NCBI GenBank assembly: GCA_024679065.1
Contig: JAGIQG010000002.1
Span: 98,146,001-98,210,000 of the forward strand
Direction of reading: 5' to 3'
Length of the DNA: 64,000 nucleotides
Source: Sphyrna mokarran
Taxonomy: Eukaryota
Under the pieces are notes generated by a model that saw nothing but the letters and a program-made list of their open reading frames with translations, ran no database searches and was not told the origin of the DNA. The translations under genes and the position numbers were made by a program. Positions within the stretch are counted from its first letter, which is position 1. Each line of letters begins with the position of its first letter. Shown piece after piece: positions 38,709 through 51,225 of the stretch.

Positions 38709-39632
38709 ATGGCAGTGCAGGCAGTACGTTGCGCCTCCTGTAGTATGTATGAGGTGAGGGACACCAGTAGTGTTCCTGCTGATTATACCTGCAGGAAGTG
38801 TGCCCATCTGCAGCTCCTTAAGGATCGTGTTAAGAAGCTGGAGCTGGAATTAGAGGAACTCAGGATAATTCAAGAGGTTGAGGAGGATATTGGCAGGAGT
38901 AACAAAGAGATAGTCACTCCTAAAAGTGATTCTTGGGTAACTATTAGGAAGAGGGGTAAGAAGCAATCGGGGAGACAATCCCCTGGGGCTGTTCCCCTCC
39001 AAAACAAATTTTCTGTCCTGGAGGCTACAGTTGAGGAAGAATCAACTGGAGATGGCCAAAGGCAGCAAGTCTCTGGGGGTGAGCCAGCTGACAATGCTCA
39101 GCTGGGTAGGGGGAATAAGCAATTGGGCCTGGTAATTGGAGATTCCATAGTTAAGGGGACAGATAGGAAAGTAAATAGTAATAAAAGAGACTCAGGGCTG
39201 GTGTGTTGCCTCCCAGGGGCTGAGGTCCAGGATGTCGCAGAGAGGGTTTTTAAGATTCTTAAGGGAGAGGGGAGTCAGCCCCAAGTCATAGTTCATGTAG
39301 GGACACATGATATAGGTAGGACAAGGGAAGGGGATATTAAACAGAAATTTATGGAGTTGGGGTGGAAGCTTAGGGCCAAAACTGGCAGAGTGGTTATCTC
39401 TGGACTCTTGCCTGTGCCACGGGATAGTTTAGAGAAGAACAGAGAGAGGGAATGTTTGAACTCGTGGCTGCAGGGATGGTGCAGGAGGGAGGGGTTCAGG
39501 TTCCTGAACAATTGGGACTCATTCTGGGATAGGTGGGACCTCTACAAGAGAGATGGTCTACACCTGAACCAGAGGGGAACTAACATCTTGGGGGGAAAAT
39601 TTGCAAAGGCTATGCAGGGGGCTTTAAACTGA
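38709..39632 (+). CDS. CR1 ORF1 protein (307 aa): zinc finger, coiled coil, SGNH/GDSL-type esterase domain
   Basis: ATG at 38709; CX2CX16CX2C (CASC...CRKC); heptad-like LLKDRVKKLELELEEL; esterase blocks VIGDS, PGA, HVGTHD, DGLH; uninterrupted. Confidence 0.92.
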   Translation: MAVQAVRCASCSMYEVRDTSSVPADYTCRKCAHLQLLKDRVKKLELELEELRIIQEVEEDIGRSNKEIVTPKSDSWVTIRKRGKKQSGRQSPGAVPLQNKFSVLEATVEEESTGDGQRQQVSGGEPADNAQLGRGNKQLGLVIGDSIVKGTDRKVNSNKRDSGLVCCLPGAEVQDVAERVFKILKGEGSQPQVIVHVGTHDIGRTREGDIKQKFMELGWKLRAKTGRVVISGLLPVPRDSLEKNRERECLNSWLQGWCRREGFRFLNNWDSFWDRWDLYKRDGLHLNQRGTNILGGKFAKAMQGALN

Positions 39633-42512
39633 TTCAGAGGGGGGGTGGGATCCTGAGTAGTTGGGGTGCTAAGAGGGATGAGAATAGGGGGGTCATAGAG
39701 GAGAACTGCAAAACACAGCAGCGTACGGGTGGAGTAGGGCATGGTTTGAAATGCGTATACTTTAATGCAAGAAGTATTCGCAATAAGGTGGAGGAACTTG
39801 CAGCTTGGACCAGTACCTGGAACTTCGATGTTGTGGCCATTTCAGAGACTTGGGTAGAGCAGGGACAAGAATGGATGTTGCAGGTTCCGGGGTTCAAATG
39901 CTTTAGTCGGAGTAGAGAAGGAGGTAGAAGGGGGGGAGGAGTGGCATTATTAGTCAAAGACTGTATCACAGTGACAGAAAAGAAGTTTGATGAGGACTTG
40001 TCTGTTGAGGTAGTATGGGCTGAGATTAGAAACAGGAGAGGAGAGGTCACCCTGTTGGGAGCCTTTTATAGACCTCCTAAAAGTTGTAGAGAGGTAGAGG
40101 AAAGGATTGCAAAGTCGATCCTGGACAGGAGTGAAAGTAATAGGGTAATTGTTATGGGGGACTTTAACTTTACTAATATTGATTGGAATAGCTATAGCTC
40201 TAGCTCGTTAGAGGGGTCAGTTTTTGTACAAAGTGTGCAGGAAGGTTTTTTGACTCAGTATGTAGATAGGCCAACTAGAGGTGAGGCTACATTGGATTTG
40301 GTGCTGGGCAATGAGCCAGACCAGGTGTTAGGCTTGGAAGTTGGTGAACATTTTGGTGATAGTGACCACAATTCGGTTACGTTCACCTTAGTGATGGATA
40401 GGGATAGGCATGAAGCTGGGGGCAGTAGTTATAGCTGGGGGAAGGGTAATTATGAGGCCATAAGGAGAGAATTAGGGTGCATAGGTTGGACTAGGAAACT
40501 ACAGGGACTGGGAACATCTGAAATGTGGAGCTTATTCAAGGAGCAGCTGCTGCAAGTCCTTGATAAGTATGTCCCTGTCAGGCAAGGAGGAAATGGTCGA
40601 GTAAGGGAACCTTGGTGTACGAAAAAAGTTAATTCGCTGGTTAAAAGGAAAAAGGAGGCTTATGTCAGGATGAGGCTTGAAGGCTCAGTTAGTGCAATGG
40701 ATAGCTATAGATTAGCCAGGAGGGAGCTAAAGAGTGAGTTGAGGAGAGCTAAGAGGGGACACGAGAAGACTTTGGCTGATAGGATTAAGGAGAATCCTAA
40801 AGCTTTCTTTAGATATGTTAAGAATAGAAGATTGGTTAGGGCAAGATTAGGGCCAGTCATAGACAGCAGTGGGAAGTTGTGCGTGGAGCCTGAAGAGATT
40901 GGAGAGGCACTGAATAAATATTTCTCTTCGGTATTCACGCAGGGAGATGTAAATGTAGTTGTGGAGAACACTGAGGTACAGGGTTGCAAACTGGAAAGTA
41001 TTGAAGTACATAGGGAGGATGTGCTAGATATTCTTGAGGGTTTGAAGTTAGATAAGTCCCCTGGGCCGGACGGGATTTACCCTAGGATTCTCTGGGAGGC
41101 AAGAGAGGCGATTGCAGAGCCTCTGGCTCTGATCTTCAGGTCGTCGTTGGTTACGGGTATAGTTCCGGAAAACTGGAGGATAGCGAATGTGGTCCCATTG
41201 TTCAAGAAGGGGAAGAGAGACCTTCCAGGGAATTATAGGCCAGTGAGTCTTACTTCTGTTGTGGGTAAAGTATTGGAGAGAATTATTAGGGATAGGATTT
41301 ATAGTTATTTAGAGAGAAATGAATTGATTGGGGATAGTCAGCATGGTTTTGTGAAGGGTAGGTCGTGCCTTACTAACCTCATTGAGTTTTTTGAAAAAGT
41401 GACCAAAGAGGTGGATGGGGGTAAGGCAGTTGATGTGGTATATATGGACTTTAGTAAGGCGTTCGATAAGGTGGCCCATGGAAGCTTCTGCAGAAAATGC
41501 AGATGTATGGGATAGAGGGTGATTTAGCTAATTGGATTAGGAATTGGCTAGCAGATAGAAGACAGAGGGTGGTGGTTGATGGGAGATATTCATCGTGGAG
41601 TTCGGTGACAAGTGGTGTACCTCAGGGGTCTGTTTTGGGGCCCCTGCTGTTTGTAATTTTTATAAATGATCTGGATGAGGGTATTGAAGGATGGATTAGT
41701 AAATTTGCAGATGACACTAAAGTCGGTGGAGTGGTAGATAGTGAAGAGGGGTGTTATAGTTTGCAGAGGGACTTAGACAAGTTGCAGAGCTGGGCCGAGA
41801 GGTGGCAAATGGAGTTTAATGTGGAAAAGTGTGAGGTTATGCACTATGGCAGAATAATAAATGTGTAGAATATAGGGCTAATGGTAGGATTCTTAGTAGT
41901 CTTGATGAACAGAGGGATCTTGGTGTGTATGTGCATAGATCCCTGAAAGTAGGCAGTCAAGTCGAGAAGGTTGTTAAGAAGGCATATGGAGTCTTAGCTT
42001 TTATTGGTAGGGGGATTGAATTTCGGAGCCGCAACGTCATGTTGCAACTGTACAAAACTCTAGTGCGGCCGCACTTGGAGTATTGTGTGCAGTTCTGGTC
42101 CCCACATTATAAGAAAGATGTGGAGGCATTGGAGAGGGTACAGAGGAGGTTTACCAGGATGTTGCCTGGTATGGAGGGCAGGTCGTATGAGGAGAGGCTG
42201 AGGGATTTGAGGTTGTTTTCGTTAGAAAGAAGGCGGCTAAGAGGAGACCTTATTGAAACATATAAGATGATTAGAGGTTTAGATAGGGTGGACAGTGATA
42301 GCCTTTTTCCTAGGATGGAGAAAGCTAGCACGAGGGGACACAGCTTTAAATTAAGGGGTGATAGTTATAGGACGGATATCAGAGGTAGGTTCTTTACCCA
42401 GAGGGTGGTTAGGGAGTGGAATGCCCTGCCTGCGGCAGTTGTAGATGCGCCAAGTTTGGTGGCGTTTAAGAGGTTAGTTGATAAGTTTATGGAAGAGAAG
42501 GGAATGGTTTAG
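39629..42512 (+). CDS. CR1 ORF2 (APE endonuclease + reverse transcriptase) with two 1-bp frameshifts (~41484, ~41852)
   Basis: FNARS, ISETW, GDFN, LDLV, SDH endonuclease motifs; [30 protein letters not shown] motifs; ORFs 39746..41515, 41497..41868 and 41925..42512 join; start codon unresolved. Confidence 0.9.
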
Positions 42513-43605
42513 TTTGGAGGGTCATTGCTTTTTTCATAATTGGTCGGCGCAACATCGAAGGCCGAAGGGCCTGTTCTGCGCTGTAATGTTCTATGTTCTA
42601 TACCCAATTACATCAATTAAAGACTGAGAAGTTGAAATGTTTTACTTTTGCTGATATAAAAAGGCATTTGAAGGGGGTGATCAAGAATGATATAATGCCA
42701 AGAAAATAGGGGAAGCCAGCCTAAATTTTTACTTTTAAATTTGCTGGTGTGAGTTATTATATCTTTTGCACATAATAGTATTTGGAAGAATCTAATTTAT
42801 GCAATAGTTTAATTATCCACACAAAAATATTGCTTGCCATAGGGAAACAGCATTATTCACACCACAAAAATAGGAAGAATAGACAGGCCAATTAACTTCA
42901 CTGACAAAATATTTCACTTCGATTGAACTGCTGCTCTCCATTAGTGAACATGTAGCATTTGGAAAATATGGGAATAGACTTTATGGCCAATACAGAAGCA
43001 ACATGCTTGCTAAACTTAAAGAATGCTGATCACAAAGATCTCCATGATATCAATTTCTCTATTCTTGGGTACAAAAGGAGATGGTATTATTTTTGATGTT
43101 TTGGGGTTTATTGTGTTATTCCATGAATCATGCTTACGTGTGTGAGCTTTTTGTGTGTGAGAAACTAATGTAATTAAACTGATAACAGTTTAATTGCAGA
43201 TTAAGGACAATAAAGGAGTGTAGGTCTAAATGAACGTTTTTGGAATTAACAGGCCAATTTATATTTTCTATATATAAATAGGCAGTGGGAAGAAATTTGC
43301 ATTCAAAGATGAGGAAAGTATTGTTGTTTTCAGTTGTTAAATTTCAAGAGAGAAATAAAAGAGTTTTACAGCTTGCAAAAATTTCATAAATCAATGAGGT
43401 AAGATTTTTCAATTTTAATTGACCCAAAAAGTGGCCAAAGGAAGAACATGAAATATTTTTATATTCCGAGAAAGTTAAGTTTCAAAGAGGGGCTAAGGAC
43501 CATGAAGGAACAAAAAGAATATTTAAGGAACAATGTTGAGAACTTAGGTGGTTTGGCCATCTGAGGCCTCCTGAGAACCTACAAAAAGAGCTGTGAAGAA
43601 TCAAA

Positions 43606-44995
43606 GTGATGCATTTCCTCTGCAGCTTCTTCAGTGCAATGACATCTTTCCAATAATGTGGTGACCAGAACTGCACAAAGTACTCCAGCTGTGGCCTCGC
43701 CAAAGTTCTATTCAACATCAACATAACCTCTCTGCTTTTGTATCTATGCCTCAATCGATAAAGGCGAATTTATGGTCTTCCATCTATGGCCAAGATCCCT
43801 TTATTCCACAGATCTTCTTAGTGTTACGCCATGCATTGAATACCTTCTTGACAAATTACTCCATCCAAAGTGTATCACCTCACACTTTTCAGGATTAAAT
43901 TTCATCTACCCATTTGATCATTCGTATATATCTTCTTGTTTGCCCAAGTCACTCAGTCTCACTGTAAATCACCGGCCAATCTTTGTGTCATCTGCCAACT
44001 TATTATCCTACCTTCCACATTATCATACAAGTCGTTTATACAAATGATGAATAATAAGGGACCCAGCACAGTTCCCTGTGGTATGCCACTGGACAGTGGC
44101 TTTCAGTCACTAAAGCAGCCTGCTGTCATCATCCTCTGTCTCTACAACTCCGCCAATTTTGAAGCCATTTTATCAAACTATAGTTGATCGCATGTTCATT
44201 TGCTTTCTCTACAAAGCTCCCATGTGGGATTTTGTAAAAGGCTATGCTGAAATCCATACAAACTATCTCAACTACACTACCTTCGTGTCACCTCCTCAAA
44301 AAATTCAATCAAATTTGTATGGCATGGCCTCCCTCTGATGAAGCTAAGCTGATGATCCCTCAACAAGCCTTGTCTTGGAGGTAGATGCTCTCCTTCAGAA
44401 GTTTCTCCAATAGTTTCCCCCTATCGCTGATGTGCGACTCACTGGTCTGTAGTTCCCTGGTTTATCTCTACAACCCTTCTTAAATAGTGGAATCACATTA
44501 GCTGTTCTCAAGTCCTCTAACATCACCTGTGTTTGAGAGTAATTAAACCTGCAATTAGCCTGGGGCACAATTCATCTGGTCCTGGAGATTTGTCCATTTT
44601 TAAGCCTGTCAACACTTTTGTCCTTCCCTCTGTCAATCTGCTCAAGAACCTGTCTCTCTCTCTATGAATTCAATAACTTCATCCTCATTCTCTTGAGTGA
44701 AGGCAGATGTGAAGTATTCATTTAACATTCTACCAATGTCCTCAGAGTCCATCCACAGTTGCTCCCATGGTCTCTAATGGTCCCTACTCTTTTCCTGGTC
44801 ATTTTCTTCTCATTGATATGCTTATAGAACATATTGGGATTTTCTCCACTTTTACTAGCCAGAGCTTTCTCATATCCCCTCTTTGCTTTCCTAGTTGCTT
44901 TCCTCAGCTCCCCTGCACTTTTTATAATTCATTAATGCTTCCACTGAATTGATTCCCTTGTACTTGCTAAAACCTTTCTCCTCCTTCTCATTGTA
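43606..44995 (-). mobile_element. Decayed CR1 ORF2 fragment
   Basis: [30 protein letters not shown] and LADDT on reverse strand. Confidence 0.85.
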
Positions 44996-44996
44996 T

Positions 44997-46020
44997 CCCC
45001 AGTCTAGGGGCCCTTGCTGTTTGTTGTTTATATTAATGAGTTGGACTTAAATGTGTGAGGCATGATTGGGAAATTTGCAGATGACACAAAAATTAGCTGT
45101 ATAGTTGATACTGAAGAGGATAGCTGTTGGCGAGATTCTCCAGCTGTGCTTGCTTCAAAACCAGAAATCCCAACCTCCCCCCCAACTTCAATAGACCTAT
45201 GTCCACCCCTTGCCCATTAGAATTCCAGTGGCAGGTGGGATGGGAGAATTCTGACCATTCTCTCCGATGTGATGTCAATGGTTTTGTTGAGTGGGCAGAA
45301 GAGCAGCAAATGGAATCCAATCCAAAAAAGTGTAAGGCAATGCACTTGGGAAAGCAAACAAAGCAACGGATTGCTCAATAAGCAGGAAGATATTGAAGGG
45401 GTTTGAGGAAGTGAGAGACATTGGAGTATGTGTGCACAGGTCCCTGAAGATGGCAGAACAGGTGAATAAGGTGATAAAGAAAGCATTTGGAATGCGTTCC
45501 TTTATTGGGTGAGCTACAAGATTGAATACAAAAGCAGAGAAGAAATGCCAAACCTGTATAAAGCACTGGTTATGCTCCAGTTCGAATTTTGTGTGTAGTT
45601 CTGGTCCTTCCTTACAGGAAGGACATAATTGCTCTAGTGAGAGTACAGAATTCATTTACAAGAATACTGCTAAGACTTGAAAATTGAATCTATGAGGAAG
45701 TATTGAATAGGCTACAATTGTTTTTCTTAGAACAAAGGAGGCTAAAGGGTAATTTAATTGAAGGGCCATGATCGAGTAAACAGAAAATATCTTTTTCCCT
45801 AGCTGTTCAATTTAAGATGATTGATAAAAGGATGAGAGGGTGGTGAATATTCAGAATCGCCCGAATTGATAGTTGATAGCTCAACTCATTTAAAAAGGTA
45901 CTTGGAGCAGCACCTGAAGTCCTATAATCTGCCAGAAAGTGATGCCTGATTAGTTCCTTCTTTTTCTCTTGTTTGGCCGGTGCAGACTCCATGGGCAAGT
46001 GGACCTTTTCTATGGTTCAA
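44997..46020 (+). mobile_element. Decayed CR1 fragment (RT to 3' end) containing a MITE
   Basis: LGPLLFVVYINEL, FADDTK, gttctggtcc motifs. Confidence 0.85.
45129..45256. mobile_element. 128-bp MITE inserted in CR1
   Basis: TIR GGCGAGATTCTCC / GGAGAATTCTGACC; interrupts CR1 RT sequence; inverted homologue of 11349-11476. Confidence 0.75.
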
Positions 46021-46452
46021 ATTAAATAATTAAATTTCTTGTATTTTCCAAAGCATTTGCTTCCTTTGAGCGTATTTGTTAGCTTTGAGCATGTTCAATA
46101 CCATCAGGCATATTTAATAGTTTGGAGCATGTTTGATTGCTTTGAACACACTCCATATCTTCAACTGCCTTTTGCCTTTGATCACGTTTAATGTCAAAAC
46201 TGGCAAAACACTGCATAAAAAACTCATTCCAAATTAGAACATTTGATGTCAAATGATCACAGACCATTTTGAGCATATTTAAATATAAAAACATCAAAAT
46301 TTCCAGGGCAGAGGATGGAGCAAGTTAAAGAAATAAAGATTTAATATAATGGAAGGCAAGGAAGATTAGAATGCGAAACAGATCTGTGCATATGTGATTA
46401 TTTAGCATTGTTTGAACAAACATATGTTTAAGCTGCTTCTTAATATCCTTAC

Positions 46453-46573
46453 CTCAGTATCAAAACGAGGATCCTGATAGGCATCACTGATGTTCACTGG
46501 CAGGCCTGTTGATGCGACCAGCTCTGCAATGCTGTTGTTTATCAACCAATCAGAACAGGATAATTTCTCCATG
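46453..46573 (-). CDS. pde11a: PDE11A coding exon (121 bp): (S)[40 protein letters not shown]
   Basis: ccag|C ATG GAG...ACT GAG|gtaagg, phase 2-0; nearest AG that keeps frame with the 65-bp exon; acceptor less certain than donor. Confidence 0.9.
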
Positions 46574-48095
46574 CTGGCTTTGACAAGGATTAAATCAATA
46601 TCGAAATTAGAATTTCTCCTAGATTAAAAAGCCCCCCACTGCAATCCTTACATGTCTTGAAATCATCTGCAACTTTAACGTCCATAAATCCTAATTAAGC
46701 AATAAAGATTGCAATCTCTTAGAAAATGTGTAATTGGAATAATACTGTAACTGGTGATCTGCGTAAAATTCAGTATTCAATTTGGTGAGATAATTTGGCG
46801 ACGCATATCTTGAGATCCATACTGAAATCTCAAACTTCATTTTAGCCGATAACATCCAGGTTCTCCAAGCCTGAGATCGGGGGCAAGATTTGGAGGGGGG
46901 AGCTTTGGTAGAGAGAGAGAGAGAGAGCACACCCCTCTCGGAAGTTCCCAGGTAAACATCTGCATCACAATTGTCCAGAAGCACTAACTTTCCCAAATAC
47001 TTGTGTTTGAATCATCCGACAAAGCAATTTAAATTACTAACTTTGGATAGTTCTGCCAGTTTTACACTAATACTTACTCCGAAACAGAAAAAACGTAACT
47101 CCCTCTAACTTCAGCATAACCACTAAATAAACCTAGATCAAGCTCTGCACACAACACTCCCACACTCCCAATTCCACAGAGAACAACCCTCCCTGCTCCA
47201 CAAATGCCTGCCCACTAACCCACTGAACACTCCCCCAACCCCTGTCCCATGGTATTCCTATTTATTCCCCACTCTCAACCCCCACCTGCACAAGATTCCC
47301 CTCATTGGTCAGAACCAATGTCAGAGACCTCAACCCCACGTCTGATGCCCCAAAATGTTCAACTCCCTCCTCCCACCTCCGCCCCGCAACTCTGCCCCCC
47401 CTGCAACCACCCCCCCCCCCACCCCATGTCTGGCCTCCGTACTCCCTAATGTCAGATGCCTAACCCGCATATCTGACCCTTCCACTCAATTTCTGACCTG
47501 CCCCACCCATCCCCATGTCCAGTATTGCAAGACAAGTAGAGGGTACGGAGTGGCAATCTGGTGCTGGTTGCTTACTCTTTATATTGGTACTTTGTAACCA
47601 TGGTGAGTTATTTGAGCACAAATGTTGTAAAAGGTTTCTTGGCTCATATCAGGAGCACATATCTGGAAACAGTGTATCACCAGGCTGTGATTTTTCAGCA
47701 AGTAAACATGGTCCTAAAACAAAAAATCCTCCCATTTGAGCATGCATCAATATTAAAATGAAAAGAAAAATTGATAAGCTGATTAAAAAACAAATTAAAA
47801 CATTACAGAAGAAAATCTGAAACAAAATCAGAAAGCTCTGGAAATACAGGTCAATCAGCATCTGTGGAGAGGAACTGAATCAGAAAAAGGCTCTGCAGCA
47901 GCTTGTCTTCATTCCCTCTGAGTGCTGACTAGTCTGTTATGTTTCTGATGCCTTCCCCTCAAAAAAACCTAAAATATAATTAACTTAGTTAAAAGCCTCC
48001 TGTTTCTTTATTCTTTCTTGAGAAATTTTGGCTTCTGCTTTCATTCACATTTATCCACAAATTAAGTAACTTTCATTATTGTGAAGAAAGGCTTA

Positions 48096-48495
48096 GGGGG
48101 ATGATTCTCTGCGCCGTTAGTAGATCATGCCAGTCCTGGCGAATACTGTGTGGACCTAAAAATCCAATTTGCACTCGGCACCAAGTAGTTTGCAATTCTC
48201 CTGGCTTCTTCCTCATGGAGCGAATCGGCAATTAGCACATTTAAAGTAACATTTAAATATGCATAAGCTATTCAAATGCCCTTTGGCTCATGGGAGAGAG
48301 TCTGCCAGTGTATTTTAGATCGGGAACCTTTGCGAAATGGCACCCGAGCACTCAGAAGCTGGGCTCACCAGTGTGTTTAGGACCTCCTCTCCCCCTTTGC
48401 CCAAGTACTTGTGTGCTGCAGAGCACACCTGAGAGACCAGCATGGATCACTCCATTATTCTTATCATTATGACACTTAAGAAGAGAATTCTGCCC
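48096..48495. mobile_element. 400-bp Harbinger-type MITE
   Basis: TTA|GGGGGATGATTCTC...GAGAATTCTGCCC|TTA; 3-bp TTA TSD typical of PIF/Harbinger. Confidence 0.65.
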
Positions 48496-49559
48496 TTAGG
48501 GATCTATTCATTTTTTGCCATTATTGAGTGGAAATGGTTACACCACACTACGTAAAAACATATGCGAGAAGTCAGTTTAGTCACAGGCTGGGATTTTCTG
48601 ATCAATGGATGTTTGGTTGTCTCTTCAAATTTCCATCCTGCCCAGGATGGATCTCACCCACTGGCCAAGGATCAGTTATCCACTAATGTGGTTGTTAATA
48701 CCATATTACTGTGCAGTCCTCATTACATAATGTCTTGATGGTTTATTAAAATAGTTACATGCAATTTAAAATCAAAAGGAAACATTGCACATCATTCTGA
48801 TGCATTTAAGACTCAAGTATTAATTTTTCTTGAAGCTCACAAATTGTTGCCAAAGTTTTAGTTGAACATTTTTGCTAAGAGCATGTCCAACATCACTACA
48901 AATAACTACAACTTAATTTGGTCTGTTCTGTAGTATAAATTAGAACCACAAATAACATTGAATGATATTTGTATCTCAGTGATAAACATGTCAGCCCTGA
49001 ATTTCTGTAGTGTTAATGTGGCCTTTTGTCTTAATCTCAGCCAGGAACCGCTGAGCCCATGGATTACTTTCAAATATTTTCAGCTGTATCACATCTTTGC
49101 TCCAGATCTCCCATACATCTTCCTTCACAGACTCTCAGTTTTTCTTTCCAACTGTGTTTTGCTACAAATAGTGCTTGGAAAACATCCTCCTGTTCCTCTG
49201 AGTTTGTTACCAAGTGCAAAAAGTTGTTTGCTTATTATCCAAATAATATAGTAAATTTTAAATTTCAGGAATAAAATAATAGTAGTTACAATATTCTGCA
49301 TGATTATAAACAATGCAATTGCACACTGTGATCTACTGGCATGCATCTACTAAATAATTCAATATTTGTGTTGACAGAAATAATTTATAATTCTTTTCAG
49401 TACCTATTCAAAATTAGACTTTATTGTCCATGTTAAAGATCCTATCCAAATTTAAACTGTTAAAAACTAAACATCTTATCCTAGCAAGTTTCTCACATTG
49501 TGTGAAGAAGCTATAACAGAAAAATAATTTGTAAACATAAAACTAATTCTGTTCCTCAC

Positions 49560-49624
49560 CTGATTTCACTGTCTGTACAACACAATGGAGACATCAACTC
49601 AAAGGTCTTTGAAAACTTCACCAC
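49560..49624 (-). CDS. pde11a: PDE11A coding exon (65 bp): VVKFSKTFELMSPLCCTDSEI(S)
   Basis: ttgttgaacag|GTG GTG AAG...ATC AG|gtgagg, phase 0-2; matches human VVKFTKSFELMSPKCSADAENS. Confidence 0.93.
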
Positions 49625-50933
49625 CTGTTCAACAAAGGAACATGACACTGTAATCTTCCCACAGACACATTTCACCATGGAGCTTGAGAGAACTTACTGA
49701 AGCTGTGCTTGAAACACAGCTCTGCCAAACAGGACAAAGGTCAAACTACTCTGAACAACACCAACCTTAGAGCCACATGCTTTGAAATCACTTCTCATTC
49801 CATGTTGAGTTCCTACAGCCAGTTGCAAGCAATATGGATGCCTGGATTAGGTTGAAGAAGGTTCACCTTGTCTTGTTTTTGGGTTATTGGAGTCAATTTT
49901 GAAACAAGTAAAATCTTTGGTCTGCCTGAGTTCTGTGCACTGGTGCCTCCTTCCAGACCTCTGCCAATGCTCTTTTAAGACCAAGCACTGGTAGACACAA
50001 AGATAAAGCATAGGAAAAATAAAGAAACCCAGGTGGCATGTCACTTGGGCTACTATTAAATTGTTCCTGATAATTGACTAAAAAACAGCAATGGCAGACA
50101 AAGCTAATCACTTGCCTGCACATTTGGCCTGCAGAGTTTGACAGCACAAATTTTTGTCTTAAGAATGTGCAAAACACATACTACTTGGGTTAACTAGGTA
50201 TATGCAGAACAGTTTGTGAGGTGGGGCTGGAGAGATGGGAGGAGGGAAAGAGATCAAAGTGTATTTGAAAGACTTAAGTAATGAATAATGCACTGAAAAT
50301 AGAGACAATGTCATAATGAGATAATAATTTGGTTATGCAAACTTTTCCACAATATTTCAGATCCAAGCAAGTTTGGAGAAATTGTGGATAAAATAAATAG
50401 TGGCCTATGACAGTAATCAGAAATAAAAATAAGAGAAACTTCAATGTTTTAAATTATAATTCGATATCCTCAACACATTTGACATGTGTTGCAGCAATTC
50501 AGAGATATTTCAGTGAGGAGGCATTCATGCAAAACTTTATTTACTGGCAGTAATACAGTACACTATGGCAGCACATCAAAGGAGGAGTGCAGTGGTTACA
50601 GCAGGGAGAAAGAACTGTGAGACAGTCACAAACCATTCTCCTATTTGATAACACTACATGTAGTCAACACAATGACAATTTGAGAAAAATGTTTTACCAA
50701 ACAGCCTTCATTAAATAGAAGTAAAAAAGATATACCAAATACTTTCAGGAAAAACATGTACCCTTCAAAACTTTTATAAATAGGAGAAATTATTCCAGAT
50801 TTTGATAAGAGCAACTGGTTTGCCAAAGAAAATATTGACCTTGTGAGATGCTTTGAGGGTAATTTAGATACAAGATAGCACTGAGTAATTCTCTGGAGAT
50901 GTTAGAAGTGTTGCCAAATGAATTTTAAAACAA

Positions 50934-51225
50934 TAACATAAGAACATAAGAGGTAGGAGCAGGAGTAGGCCATCTGGCCCCTCGAGCCTGCTCTGCCACT
51001 CAGTAAGATTGTGCCTGATTTTTTTGTGGACTCAGCTCCTTTACCTGCCCCCTCACCATAACCCTTAATTCCTTTACCATTCAAAAATGTATCTATCCTT
51101 GCCTTAAAAACATTCAATGAAGTAGCCTCAACTGCTTCACTAGATAGGAAATTCCACAGATTCACAACCTTTGTGTGAAGAACTTCCTCCTCAACTCAGT
51201 CCTAAATCTGCTTCCCCTTATTTTC
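50934..51225 (-). mobile_element. CR1 3' end fragment
   Basis: aacataagaacataaga tail; NLWNFL...FKARIDTFL in ORF 50902..51165. Confidence 0.85.

Larger units (their letters stand above)
38385..42600 (+). mobile_element. Full-length CR1-clade LINE retrotransposon, antisense to pde11a
   Basis: 5' UTR, ORF1, ORF2 (endonuclease + RT), short 3' UTR ending in TGTTCTATGTTCTA repeat; 5' boundary approximate (possible weak 4-bp ATAC TSD). Confidence 0.95.

Noticed and set aside
43606-46020. Twin-priming inversion of one CR1
   Set aside because: Both halves contain the same RT segment (LGP...ADD), so they are two separate insertions.
46453-46577. Alternative AAG acceptor giving a 125-bp exon
   Set aside because: Breaks the reading frame with the phase-2 upstream exon.
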